Source: an uncultured Gammaproteobacteria bacterium
GTDB lineage: Bacteria; Patescibacteriota; Microgenomatia; UBA10105
Length of the DNA stretch: 64,000 nt
Assembly: GCA_964412165.1 (NCBI GenBank)
Contig: CAYPMW010000002.1
Span: forward strand, 1,324 to 65,323
Reading direction: 5' to 3'
Part shown: positions 36,809-46,700 of the stretch, in pieces
How positions within the stretch are numbered: position 1 is the stretch's first letter
How the letters are laid out: each line of letters starts with the position of its first letter
Program-made: the position numbers and the translations under genes
Notes under the pieces: generated by a model
Seen by the model: the letters and a program-made list of their open reading frames with translations, nothing else
Databases searched by the model: none
Told to the model about the DNA's origin: nothing

Positions 36809-37790
36809 ATATCTCATTACATTCACAGGATTATTTACCGCTGTAAGCTTAATGTTGTTTGTCGTCCTCCAAAAGTACTTTCTCCTTCTTCTCCATCACA
36901 CGATTTATTATTGCAAGGAAATGGCTGAAACATTTGCTGTTCGTTTCCCCGATGGCACTGGAATTATCGTATTTACGATCCTTTCAATAATTTTGGTTTC
37001 CACTCTCATTAAATTGATCTCCACTGGACTAAAGATTTATCGGTTCAGAAAGGGATTACAACAAGACGTTACAGGTAACGGTAGGCTCTCAATATTGTTA
37101 GAGAAACTTGATTTGCAGTCAAAAGTTAAAGTAGTAGATTCGTCACGGATATTTGCGGTCTGTTTTGGTATTCTGAACCCTATAATATATCTGTCTACCA
37201 AGCTTATTAAGATGTTAACTAAGGACGAACTGGAAGTTGTGCTTCGCCACGAGAAGTATCATTTGAAAAATAGAGACACTATCACGCTTATGCTCGCTGT
37301 CATCTTTGAATCTTTTTTACCCTTCGTCCCGATTATTTCTGATCTCATTCGGCAATATAAAACAGATCGGGAGTTATCAGCTGATCGCGAGGCAGGCCTT
37401 GTTTACAATGGAGACAAGCTTTTATCGACAGTCCTGACTAAACTTCTAGTCTGTGAGCCACAGTATGCTTTCCTGCCTGCTCCAGCTATTACAGACGCCC
37501 AGACGCTGGAAGCAAGGATTTGTAGACTCACTAGTGGAGCATATCATCATAAATTATTTGGGATTAAAAATAGCCTGATTAGTGTTATCTCGGTAGGATT
37601 TCTTTTATTTCTCGCGTTTACTCCGGTTAACGCAGTTGAACTGCATTCAGACAATCACGACGTGATGATAGTTTGTGCTGCGACTCAATCGTGTGACATA
37701 GCTTGCAAAAAATCGGAAGTAATCATGGAACAAACATCTTCCCATTTGTATACGTCAAAAACTCACGCTTCATATATGTCTTCTAATTAG
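36795..37790 (+). CDS. BlaR1/MecR1-like M56 peptidase membrane protein lacking a penicillin-sensor domain
   Basis: 4 TM, HEKYHLKNRD (HExxH) zinc site, then a short extracytoplasmic Cys/His tail (CAATQSCDIACKK, HSDNHD) after the last TM; overlaps the blaI-like stop. Confidence 0.75.
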   Translation: MRLNKYLITFTGLFTAVSLMLFVVLQKYFLLLLHHTIYYCKEMAETFAVRFPDGTGIIVFTILSIILVSTLIKLISTGLKIYRFRKGLQQDVTGNGRLSILLEKLDLQSKVKVVDSSRIFAVCFGILNPIIYLSTKLIKMLTKDELEVVLRHEKYHLKNRDTITLMLAVIFESFLPFVPIISDLIRQYKTDRELSADREAGLVYNGDKLLSTVLTKLLVCEPQYAFLPAPAITDAQTLEARICRLTSGAYHHKLFGIKNSLISVISVGFLLFLAFTPVNAVELHSDNHDVMIVCAATQSCDIACKKSEVIMEQTSSHLYTSKTHASYMSSN

Positions 37791-37793
37791 CCC

Positions 37794-37823
37794 TTGACAA
37801 ATAAAAGAATAATCTACTACACT
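37794..37823 (+). promoter_or_regulatory. promoter TTGACA-N18-TACACT for the 37834 gene; the -10 lies inside the operator
   Basis: Consensus -35; predicted transcript start ~4 nt before the ATG. Confidence 0.45.
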
Positions 37824-37832
37824 GTGTAGTAG
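37814..37832 (+). promoter_or_regulatory. second BlaI/CopY-type operator box (CTACTACAC-T-GTGTAGTAG), perfect 9-bp dyad ending 1 nt before the ATG
   Basis: Perfect palindrome containing TACA-N3-TGTA. Confidence 0.55.
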
Positions 37833-37833
37833 T

Positions 37834-38076
37834 ATGGCAGAAGAGAAATCTAAAAGATCGCTTACTCCTGTCCTCGTCGTTCTTCTGGTAGTTGCCTCCT
37901 TTTTAATCGGTTCCCTTTATACAAAAGTTCAGGTATTAGAAAAAGGAGTTGAGGAAGGGGTTACGGGTACTCCGGGAACGATAATTCTCACTGCTAGTGG
38001 CAATACACAACTGATTCCGGGTGCCCTCCCATTTGAACAAGTAAAACCGATGATTGACGCAGCATTAAAGAAATAA
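37834..38076 (+). CDS. small membrane-anchored protein, first gene of the operator-controlled downstream operon
   Basis: 80 aa, TM LTPVLVVLLVVASFLIGSL. Confidence 0.45.
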   Translation: MAEEKSKRSLTPVLVVLLVVASFLIGSLYTKVQVLEKGVEEGVTGTPGTIILTASGNTQLIPGALPFEQVKPMIDAALKK

Positions 38077-38082
38077 TCATGG

Positions 38083-38611
38083 ATGAAGAATTTTTGTATC
38101 AATCTATTTACGGCCAGCAAAATTGTTCTGAATGACAAACTATATTTTGTAGGATTTCTGATTATTACAGCAGTTCTCTTTTGGCTGTTTTTATACATTC
38201 CGGTGAGGATTATTCCCGGCAATGACTTTACGTTTCAGCTCAGTATCCTAAGTCCCAAGGACATCACTGTCCTGGTTCTTCTATCTCTGGTTAGTGCTCT
38301 TTCACTCACCTTACATCTTTATATGTTGAGGAAAAGAACTTTAAATAAAGAAGTCGCCTTGACTCTCGGAAGCGGCTTTTTAGGGGGTACTGCAAGAGTA
38401 TGGTTCAATTTTTACTCCCGCCAGCTGCGCTGCTTGTGTCACGACACTGTTGAGTTTTTTGGGTGTTGGAACAGTGTTTTTCCTTCTTATTTACCGGCAG
38501 TATATTATTATTCTTTCGCTAGTTCTTATGCTTGTTTCTTTGCATTTTACAGCTCGGAAAGTTTTAGGAATATGTGACGTGTGTAAAGTTAATTATAAAA
38601 GAATGACATGA
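38083..38611 (+). pseudogene. membrane protein with a TM CxxC (SCAAC) and C-terminal CxxC, split by a +1 frameshift at a T5AG5 tract
   Basis: Frame 1 (38083-~38387) is protein-like, then decays to low-complexity YYYSFASSYACFFAFY. Shifting by one G at GGGGG (38383-38387) gives ...GFLGVLQEYGSIFTPASCAACVTTLLSFLGVGTVFFLLIYRQYIIILSLVLMLVSLHFTARKVLGICDVCKVNYKRMT, ending in ATGA overlap with the next gene. Confidence 0.45.
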
Positions 38612-39252
38612 ACAACGAACTTGTCGTGCCAGTTGGATTATCAAAACATGATCGCAAGGAATTTAAACGCCAATTTTATCGTGAGCTGCAACAGAAACAG
38701 GCAAGAACGGGACAGTTTAAAAAGTATGGAATCATTGGAGTAATTTGTCTCCTTATACTTTTAGGAGGCTACTGGTTAATTAAGCAAGCTTCAAAACCTC
38801 AACCAGGTGAGTTTGTGGCATCATTGGGAAACAAGCATATTCAAAACATCACCGATGCACATGATCCGTATAACTCTTTACCGCCCACGTCAGGAACTCA
38901 TGTTGGTGGGAAAGCTCAGTGGGGCATAAGCGATTCTCCTATTCCCGACGAACTACAACTCCATAATCTCGAAGACGGTGGTGTAGTGGTGCAATATAAC
39001 TGTACACCAGGTGCAGATTCCCAAAACCACGCGACTCCCAGTGCCGAGGCACAAGACGAGTGCAAAAAGCTGGTCGAAGATTTAAGTAGCATAGTGAAAA
39101 AGTATTCCGATAAAGTCCTCATGGCTCCGTATCCGAAACTGGATACCAAGATCGCTCTTACTGCTTGGACACGGATAGATAAATTCAATGATTTTGACGA
39201 TGAACGAATACAGAAATTTATAAAAGCATTTAAAGGTATCGATCATCATTAA
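38608..39252 (+). CDS. DUF3105-family protein, membrane anchored
   Basis: N-terminal TM; YNSLPPTSGTHVG and LHNLEDGGVVVQYNC resemble the DUF3105 blocks (PPTSGPH ... HNLEHGG.V..Y). Confidence 0.55.
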   Translation: MNNELVVPVGLSKHDRKEFKRQFYRELQQKQARTGQFKKYGIIGVICLLILLGGYWLIKQASKPQPGEFVASLGNKHIQNITDAHDPYNSLPPTSGTHVGGKAQWGISDSPIPDELQLHNLEDGGVVVQYNCTPGADSQNHATPSAEAQDECKKLVEDLSSIVKKYSDKVLMAPYPKLDTKIALTAWTRIDKFNDFDDERIQKFIKAFKGIDHH

Positions 39253-39313
39253 TCTTAAACACAGTCGAAGGATTAATGAAATCCTCATGAATAATCGGTT
39301 AAAATAATAATCT

Positions 39314-40894
39314 ATGAATAAAACGTACTTAATAATACTCCTTGTAGCTGTAATTCTTGGTGGAGTTTTTCTTTTTTTAAGGCAACTTGGGAACATCAAC
39401 CCGAAGGGAGAATTTTCTTCCGAAGTAACGAAAGCAAATAGTACTAAACCTCAAGAAATTGTGTCCCTCAAATATGGCGATACTTATAACTTAACCGCCA
39501 GTGTTGTCAAAAAATCTATAAACGGGCAAGAGATGAAAATGCTCGCCTACAATGGCTCAATTCCAGGTCCACTCATCAAAGTTCCTCAAGGAGCGCAAAT
39601 CACTATTAAGTTTACAAATAATACCGATGTTGACTCAACAATTCATTCGCACGGAGTCAGAGTTGATAACAAATTTGATGGCGTTCCCGATTTAACCCAG
39701 CATCCGGTAAAACCAGGGCAATCGTTTATCTATACGCTTAAATTCCCAGACGCAGGTGTTTACTGGTATCACCCACACATTCGCGAGGATTATGCTCAAG
39801 AATTGGGATTGTATGGGAATTTCTTGGTCACACCGAGCACCCCTAATTACTGGGCCGAAGTAGATCGCGAAGAAACTCTTTTCCTGGATGACATTTTGAT
39901 CGAAAACGGGCAAATCGCCAAATTTGATAAATCAGTTGTCGATCACACACTCATGGGTCGATTCGGTAAGACTATGCTTGTGAACGGAGATGATAACTAC
40001 AAGTTATCAGTTAAACAAGGTGAACGAGTTCGCTTCTATATTACCAATGCCGCTAATGCCAGAACTTTTAACTTTGCCATACCTAATACTCGCATGAAAT
40101 TAGTCGGGTCTGATAATGGTAAGTATGAACGAGAGGAATGGATTGATTCGGTAACCATCGGACCATCAGAGCGGCAAATAGTGGAGATCTGGTTTAACCA
40201 GAATGGAGACTACAAAATTGAAAACCAAACTCCTGAAAAAACTTATAATTTAGGGACTATCGCTGTTGCCCAAAATCCCGTTACCGTATCCTATCTAATG
40301 GTACCGCGTACTAATCAAGACGTCATTTATGCAATTGACTCGCTCAGACCTAAGTTTACCAAAGCACCCGATAAAGATATCAAACTCACGCTACAAATGG
40401 GCTCCTCACCTACCGAAGGGAATAATTCTATGGGCGGGCACATGATGGGTAACGGACAAATGATGCAAAACACTCAAATGACTATGGGAGACGTCAAAAA
40501 AATCGAATGGGAAGATGATATGGGGATGATGAATGCGCAATCAACCAAGGATTCTCTTAAGTGGAAACTTGTTGACCAATCAACAAACATGGAGAACATG
40601 GATATTAATTGGCAGTTCAAAAAAGGCGATGTGGTTAAGGTGAAGATTTTCAATGACGATAAATCCATGCACCCGATGCAGCACCCAATTCATATTCATG
40701 GCCAGAGATTTCTGGTACTTTCTACCAATGGCATTAAGAACAATAATCTTGTCTGGAAAGACACCACGCTCATCCAAACTGGCGACACCGTCGAGCTGCT
40801 TGTACAAATGGACAACCCCGGTGACTGGGTCATTCACTGCCATATTCCGGAACACATGGAATCAGGAATGATGAGCGAATTTAAGGTAATATAA
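39314..40894 (+). CDS. multicopper oxidase (CueO/laccase-like) with a Met-rich insert
   Basis: Copper ligand motifs HSHGVRV, WYHPH, HPIHIHGQRF, HCHIPEHMESGMM; Met-rich segment MGGHMMGNGQMMQNTQMTMG...DDMGMMNAQ. Confidence 0.9.
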   Translation: MNKTYLIILLVAVILGGVFLFLRQLGNINPKGEFSSEVTKANSTKPQEIVSLKYGDTYNLTASVVKKSINGQEMKMLAYNGSIPGPLIKVPQGAQITIKFTNNTDVDSTIHSHGVRVDNKFDGVPDLTQHPVKPGQSFIYTLKFPDAGVYWYHPHIREDYAQELGLYGNFLVTPSTPNYWAEVDREETLFLDDILIENGQIAKFDKSVVDHTLMGRFGKTMLVNGDDNYKLSVKQGERVRFYITNAANARTFNFAIPNTRMKLVGSDNGKYEREEWIDSVTIGPSERQIVEIWFNQNGDYKIENQTPEKTYNLGTIAVAQNPVTVSYLMVPRTNQDVIYAIDSLRPKFTKAPDKDIKLTLQMGSSPTEGNNSMGGHMMGNGQMMQNTQMTMGDVKKIEWEDDMGMMNAQSTKDSLKWKLVDQSTNMENMDINWQFKKGDVVKVKIFNDDKSMHPMQHPIHIHGQRFLVLSTNGIKNNNLVWKDTTLIQTGDTVELLVQMDNPGDWVIHCHIPEHMESGMMSEFKVI

Positions 40895-40898
40895 AAAT

Positions 40899-41375
40899 AT
40901 GCTTCATAATAAGCTAGCCAAGAAACATACATATTATAATAACCAATTTTTTGGGAAATGGGCCAGATTTTATGATTATGAAAAATACTTTATGTTTCCG
41001 ATAAGACAAAAGGCAGCCAAATTTTTCCCTCTCAAAGCACCTGCCAAAATTATTGATGTAGCTACAGGCACTGGTGCTCAAGCATATGAGTTGGCGAAAC
41101 TGGGGTTGGATGTGACGGGTGTTGATTTATCGCCTGAAATGCTAGAACAGGCAAAAAAGAAGGGCTCAATCTTGATCGTTGATTACATGGAACCAAGAAA
41201 ACATGTGGTAGGATGGTTGACGCATCCTCTTATTAAGCTATATGAAACTCCTCATTACGACCTTTTCATTAAAAAAGGTCTTGAACGATACTTACGTCAA
41301 GTTGATCATAAAATCAACTGTTATACTCACTTTTTGGGAATAGTCCAAATCGCGCTAATTACAAATACAAAGTAA
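40899..41375 (+). CDS. class I SAM-dependent methyltransferase, short/possibly truncated
   Basis: Motif I IIDVATGTGAQAYELAKLGLDVTGVDLS; only 158 aa. Confidence 0.5.
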   Translation: MLHNKLAKKHTYYNNQFFGKWARFYDYEKYFMFPIRQKAAKFFPLKAPAKIIDVATGTGAQAYELAKLGLDVTGVDLSPEMLEQAKKKGSILIVDYMEPRKHVVGWLTHPLIKLYETPHYDLFIKKGLERYLRQVDHKINCYTHFLGIVQIALITNTK

Positions 41376-41400
41376 ACAGATTGAAAAGAATGTTTATGTG

Positions 41401-41514
41401 ATGGGAAAAAGAGATAGACTATTCCATGCTCTTTTAAATATCGTCAATAATGCTATTAAATATAATGAAGGTAAAGGCACTACCATTAGTGCTACATTCC
41501 CGCGAACAAATTAA
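41401..41514 (+). pseudogene. histidine-kinase ATPase-domain fragment (N-box only)
   Basis: 37-aa ORF MGKRDRLFHALLNIVNNAIKYNEGKGTTISATF matches the HATPase_c N-box (L..NL..NAIKY), compare NLLDNAIKYSSRGGTITIS in the intact kinase at 55739. Confidence 0.5.
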
Positions 41515-41593
41515 GAACTCCTCATTTCTTATTCATCAAATCTTAATCCTCAACTTGATAAGATTTGTTCAATCAGAAAATAACTCCCACTAA

Positions 41594-41614
41594 CCCCCTC
41601 TTATAAAGAGGGGG
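41594..41614 (+). terminator. GC-clamped hairpin CCCCCTCTT-ATA-AAGAGGGGG (intrinsic terminator candidate)
   Basis: Perfect 9-bp stem with a 3-nt loop; the downstream run is only weakly T-rich. Confidence 0.4.
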
Positions 41615-41632
41615 AACTAATTTGAAAAGAGT

Positions 41633-43492
41633 ATGAAAATGAACAAAACCACTGTTCCCATCAAAGGTATGCACTGCCGCTCATGTGAGCTCTTAATTGA
41701 AGATGAAGTATCTCAAATTCCCGGAGTCACCAAAGTTGAAGTCAGCGAAAAAAAGGCTTGTGCCATCGTTCACTTTGAAAATATACTCAATGCTGCAGAC
41801 ATTGAAGGCGCAGTGAAGAAAGCCGGTTATGAAGTTGGTTTTAATGAGACGAAACCGTGGATTTCCAGAAAGCTAGATGACTATCTGGATATTTTTTATG
41901 CCGTTTTTGTACTTGGTGCATTATACGTTGTCGTCAGTATTTTAGGCCTCACAAAGATTTTTGCGACCGGCGCGGGACATCCAACTAATTTAATCACCGT
42001 TCTGATGATTGGTTTAACTGCGGGATTATCCACTTGTATGGCACTCATTGGCGGTTTGATACTTGGAGTTTCAGCCAGATTTTCGGAAATACATCCTGCT
42101 GCAACTGGTATGGAAAAATTCAAACCGCACTTATTTTTTAATGCAGGCAGGATCGTGTCATACATATTTTTTGGTGGAGTTATCGGTCTTTTAGGCTCAA
42201 TGTTTCAGCTTTCCGGGTTTTCATTGGGTCTTATGACGTTAGCCGTTGCTTTGGTTATGTTGACACTTGGTATGCAACTAACAGGATTATTTCCCCGCCT
42301 TGAAAATTTTAAACTTACATTACCTCCAACCATTGGAAAACTACTTGGATTCCAAAGTCAACAAAATCAAGAATATAGTCATAAAAATGCGTTTGTTATG
42401 GGAGCTACCACCTTTTTCCTTCCCTGTGGTTTTACCCAGGCAATGCAACTATATGCTATTTCTACAGGTAATTTTCTATCTGGGGCTCTTATCATGGGAG
42501 TATTTGCTCTCGGAACCGCCCCTGGGCTTTTAGGAATTGGAGGACTCACGTCAGTTATTAAAGGCTTATTTGCCCAAAAGTTTTTCAAATTTGCAGGAGT
42601 AGTTGTCGTTGCTTTGTCTCTTTTCAATCTCAATAATGGTTTAAATCTTATTGGAGTAAGTCCAACCAGTCTCTTCGAAAATGGAACAAATGTACTTGCT
42701 GCTTTCGATGATACTACTACCGAAATACAAGGAAACACCCAAGTAGTAAGAATGAAACAGTCTGCATCAGGGTATGAACCTAATTCCTTTACAATCACCA
42801 AGGGCGTACCGGTCAAATGGATCGTAACTTCAACTGATCCAAATAGTTGCGCAGCGTCTATTCTGGCTTCAAAAATTGGAGTCCGCGCAAATATGCATCC
42901 TGGAGAAAATGTGTTTGAATTTACTCCCACAGAAACAGGAAAAATTCCCTTCTCTTGTATGATGGGCATGTTTCGAGGGTCGTTTACCGTGATTGAAAAC
43001 ACAGGAAAGCCAACCGCTGCTGCGGAAATAAAAGGTGAAACAAATCCTGCACTTGCTCAAGCAGCCGGCTTGCCCACCGACTTGTCCGCCGGAGCGCGAG
43101 CGCAGGTGGAAGCTTTAGCGAAGGCAGGAAGCTGCGGATCAGGTGGATGTGGATGTGGCGGTAGAGCTGCCGCCAAAGTACCTGCGAATGCAACCCCTGA
43201 ACCAGCAGCGTTAAAAGGTGATACTCAAATAATCAAAGCAACTTATACAGTCAGTGGTGACATAACGCCAAAAGTATTCACGGTTAAAAAAGGCAGCAAA
43301 GTCCGCTTTGAAGTAACTGCAAAAGACGATGGGTATGGCTGCATGAGTTCGATCATGATCCCAAGAATCACGTCTCCTCAACTATTAGAAAAAGATAAAA
43401 CACTCATTCTTGAGTTTACTCCGAACAAAACTGGAGATTTACCAATCACCTGTGCAATGGGAATGCAACGAGGAAGTATCAGGGTAATTTAA
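41633..43492 (+). CDS. HMA-domain / DsbD-CcdA-like membrane core / two C-terminal cupredoxin-like domains fusion protein
   Basis: N-terminal GMHCRSCE HMA fold; 6-8 TM with conserved TM cysteines (GLSTCMAL, FFLPCGF); two soluble repeats ...PNSCAAS...FSCMMGMFRGSFTVI and ...GYGCMSS...ITCAMGMQRGSIRVI plus a CGSGGCGCGG linker. Confidence 0.65.
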   Translation: MKMNKTTVPIKGMHCRSCELLIEDEVSQIPGVTKVEVSEKKACAIVHFENILNAADIEGAVKKAGYEVGFNETKPWISRKLDDYLDIFYAVFVLGALYVVVSILGLTKIFATGAGHPTNLITVLMIGLTAGLSTCMALIGGLILGVSARFSEIHPAATGMEKFKPHLFFNAGRIVSYIFFGGVIGLLGSMFQLSGFSLGLMTLAVALVMLTLGMQLTGLFPRLENFKLTLPPTIGKLLGFQSQQNQEYSHKNAFVMGATTFFLPCGFTQAMQLYAISTGNFLSGALIMGVFALGTAPGLLGIGGLTSVIKGLFAQKFFKFAGVVVVALSLFNLNNGLNLIGVSPTSLFENGTNVLAAFDDTTTEIQGNTQVVRMKQSASGYEPNSFTITKGVPVKWIVTSTDPNSCAASILASKIGVRANMHPGENVFEFTPTETGKIPFSCMMGMFRGSFTVIENTGKPTAAAEIKGETNPALAQAAGLPTDLSAGARAQVEALAKAGSCGSGGCGCGGRAAAKVPANATPEPAALKGDTQIIKATYTVSGDITPKVFTVKKGSKVRFEVTAKDDGYGCMSSIMIPRITSPQLLEKDKTLILEFTPNKTGDLPITCAMGMQRGSIRVI

Positions 43493-43502
43493 AAAGATTT
43501 AG

Positions 43503-43709
43503 ATGACACAAACAATAACACTAAAAGGTTTAACCTGTGACGTCTGCGTCAAACTTATCATCAAAAAATTTATGCGAATTCCTGGAGTCGCCTCTACTCG
43601 AGTGACGCTTGATGGCTTAGCTCATGTTGAAGCAAGTCGCACGATTCCCGCAAATGAATACAAACAGGTTTTAACTGGCCTTCCGTACCAAGTAGTAACA
43701 GTTGCATAA
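43503..43709 (+). CDS. CopZ-like heavy-metal-associated (HMA) metallochaperone
   Basis: 68 aa; [15 protein letters not shown] is a variant of the GMxCxxC fold signature. Confidence 0.65.
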   Translation: MTQTITLKGLTCDVCVKLIIKKFMRIPGVASTRVTLDGLAHVEASRTIPANEYKQVLTGLPYQVVTVA

Positions 43710-43717
43710 GAAGATTT

Positions 43718-46700
43718 ATGACACAACAAATTGCACTAAAAATTGACGGTATGCACTGCGCTTCATGTGAGACATTGATTGGTGAAGAATTGAGAGAAAC
43801 TTCTGGCGTATCGGGCGTATCGGTGAGTGCCAAAGAAAAAGTAGCCAGGTTACTACTAGACATGGAAAAAGCTTCTATAGAAGATGTTTTGGCTGCAGTT
43901 GATCGGGCTGGTTATAAAGCCACTGTCGCCAATCTTCAAACCCAAGTCATAGATCAACCTCAATTGGTAGTAAGAAATCAATCAAGCCGAAAACCAATGA
44001 AAATCCAGTTTGAATCACATCTCAAGGCTGAAGGTAAAATTCTTCAGGACGAAAGTGGTAAAGCATATTTTGACGGCAGCATTCGAAATGATAGAAAAGC
44101 AGTCGTTTCTGCTCATAAAGAAGATTTAGGATCAGAAGAAAAAGTAGGTCAATTGGTAAATAGTTTTGGTATGGTGGAAATTTTCAATGCAAATTTTTCC
44201 ACACCCAAAACTAATGGACACAGGAATGGAATAGGGAATTATTCTTCGAGCGAAGGAACGTTAGCGACTGAGTCGAGAAGTAACCTTAATCAAAGTACAG
44301 TTCTCGACTCCGCTTCGCTCCGCTCGAACAATAAGGGCCGGAACAAACGCATTAAACTTTCGCTTACGGGAATGCATTGTGCATCATGTGCAGGTTTAAT
44401 AGAACGATCGCTCAAAAAGGTAAACGGTGTCAAAGAAGCAAATGTTAATTTTGCTGCTGAAAAAGCCAGTGTCGTATTTGATGAAACCCAAACTTCAATT
44501 GACAATCTGACCGAAGCTGTAAAAAAGGTCGGTTACAGAGCTGCTTATCAAGAACAGGAAAATCCAGAACTTGAACGAAAAAAACGTCATGCAGAAATTA
44601 AACAGTTGTTTAACAAATTCTTGGGCAGCTTTATAATAAGCTCCCCAATGCTTTACTTTATGTTCTTTGACTTTTTTTCAGGACTGCCCGGTAAAGCATT
44701 TTTGACACCTTTAATTGGACTTATTTCTTTAGTGCTTGCTACTCCGGTGCAATTTTTATTTGGTGCCTCATTTTATAAAGGCATGTGGTCGGCACTCCGG
44801 ATGAAAACGTTTAACATGGATAGCTTGATCGCTATTGGAACCTCAACTGCGTTCTTTTATTCACTGATAAATTATGGACTCTACGCGCTCACTAAAGGAT
44901 CATTGTTTGGGGTTGGTGGAGAAAAAATACCTGAACTCTATTTTGAAACTGCGGCATTTTTGATTACATTCGTAATTTTGGGTAAATGGCTGGAAAAACG
45001 GGCCAAAGGAAAAACTTCAGATGCCATTAAAAAACTCATGGGTCTCCAAGCAAAAACGGCTCGCGTATTACGCTTTGCGAGCCGTCCTGAACGAAGTGAA
45101 GGACCCCCGTACCTTCAGGATGACAAAGTATTTATGGATATTCCCGTTGATCAGGTTGTAAATGGCGACACAATTCTTGTTCGTCCCGGAGAAAAAGTTC
45201 CGGTTGATGGAAAAATTATCAAAGGTTCCTCCGCCGTGGATGAATCAATGCTCACCGGTGAAAGTTTACCAGTTGAAAAGAATATCAATGACATAGTAAT
45301 TGGTGCTACCATCAATAAGACTGGTAGTTTTGAGTTCATGGCTACTCGAGTCGGTTCTGAAACTGCGCTGGCGCAAATCATCCGCCTGATTGAAGAAGCT
45401 CAAGGCTCCAAAGCGCCCATTCAAGCGTTTGCTGACAAAATATCCGCATATTTCGTACCGGCTGTTATAGGCATTGCTATTTTGACTTTTGTGGTCTGGT
45501 ATTTCTTACTTGGCTCAACACTCGCATTTGCTTTGATGGCATTTACTGCAGTAATTGTCATTGCCTGTCCCTGCGCACTGGGTCTAGCCACCCCAACAGC
45601 ATTGATGGTGGGAACTGGTAAAGGGGCTGAACAAGGAATTTTAATAAAGGGTGGTGAACCACTCGAAGGAGCCTGCAAAGTTAATGCAGTGGTTTTTGAT
45701 AAAACAGGTACTTTAACAAATGGTAAGCCAGCGGTTACAGATACACTGAGTCTTTCCGAGCTTGATGAAGATGAAGTGATTGAAATTGCAGCCTCCCTTG
45801 AAAAATCTTCGGAACACCCTTTAGCTGAGGCAATCGTCAATTATGCTGAGGAAGAAACAATCAATACAACTGAAGTGAATAACTTTAAAGCTATTCCCGG
45901 ACACGGAGTACGAGGCGTGGTCAACGGAAACCTCTATTACATGGGTAATAGAAAGCTTATTGAAGACGTTGCTCAACTTGAAGTTGGTCGAATAAACCGT
46001 AAATTGGAACGACTTGAGGAGCAGGGCAAAACTGCCATGATTCTTACATCTGCCGAAAAAGTCTTAGGAATTGTAGCGGTCGCAGATACCGTCAAGGAAA
46101 CATCTCGTGAGGCAGTGGAAGCATTGAAGATTCGCAAAATTGATGTCTGGATGATTACGGGCGACAATAGACGTACTGCTTTGACGATAGCTAAAGAGGT
46201 TGGTATATCAGAACAATATGTTATGGCCGAAGTTCTACCTCAAAATAAGGCCGAAGCAGTACGTAAACTTCAAGTACCAAATACCAATTTCCAAACAGAG
46301 AAAAGAAATTTTATTTTTAGAATTTTGAATTTATTTGGAATTTGGAATTTGGAATTTGATAATTCCCACAAACGTACTGTTGCGTTTGTGGGCGATGGTA
46401 TCAATGATGCGCCAGCTTTAGCTCAGGCAGATATTGGCATTGCTATGGGATCAGGCACTGATGTGGCCATGGAGACTGGCGGTATTGTAATTATCAAAAA
46501 CGACTTACGTGATGTGGTGAAAGCATTTGATTTGTCAAAAGAAACGATGCAAAAGATCAAACAGAATATGTTTTTTGCGCTCTTCTACAACGTGATCGGT
46601 ATCCCCATTGCCGCCCGTGTATTCATGGGCATTGGATTAGTACTTAAACCAGAATTGGCAGGTCTAGCTATGGCACTTTCATCGGTCTCCGTGGTCACCA

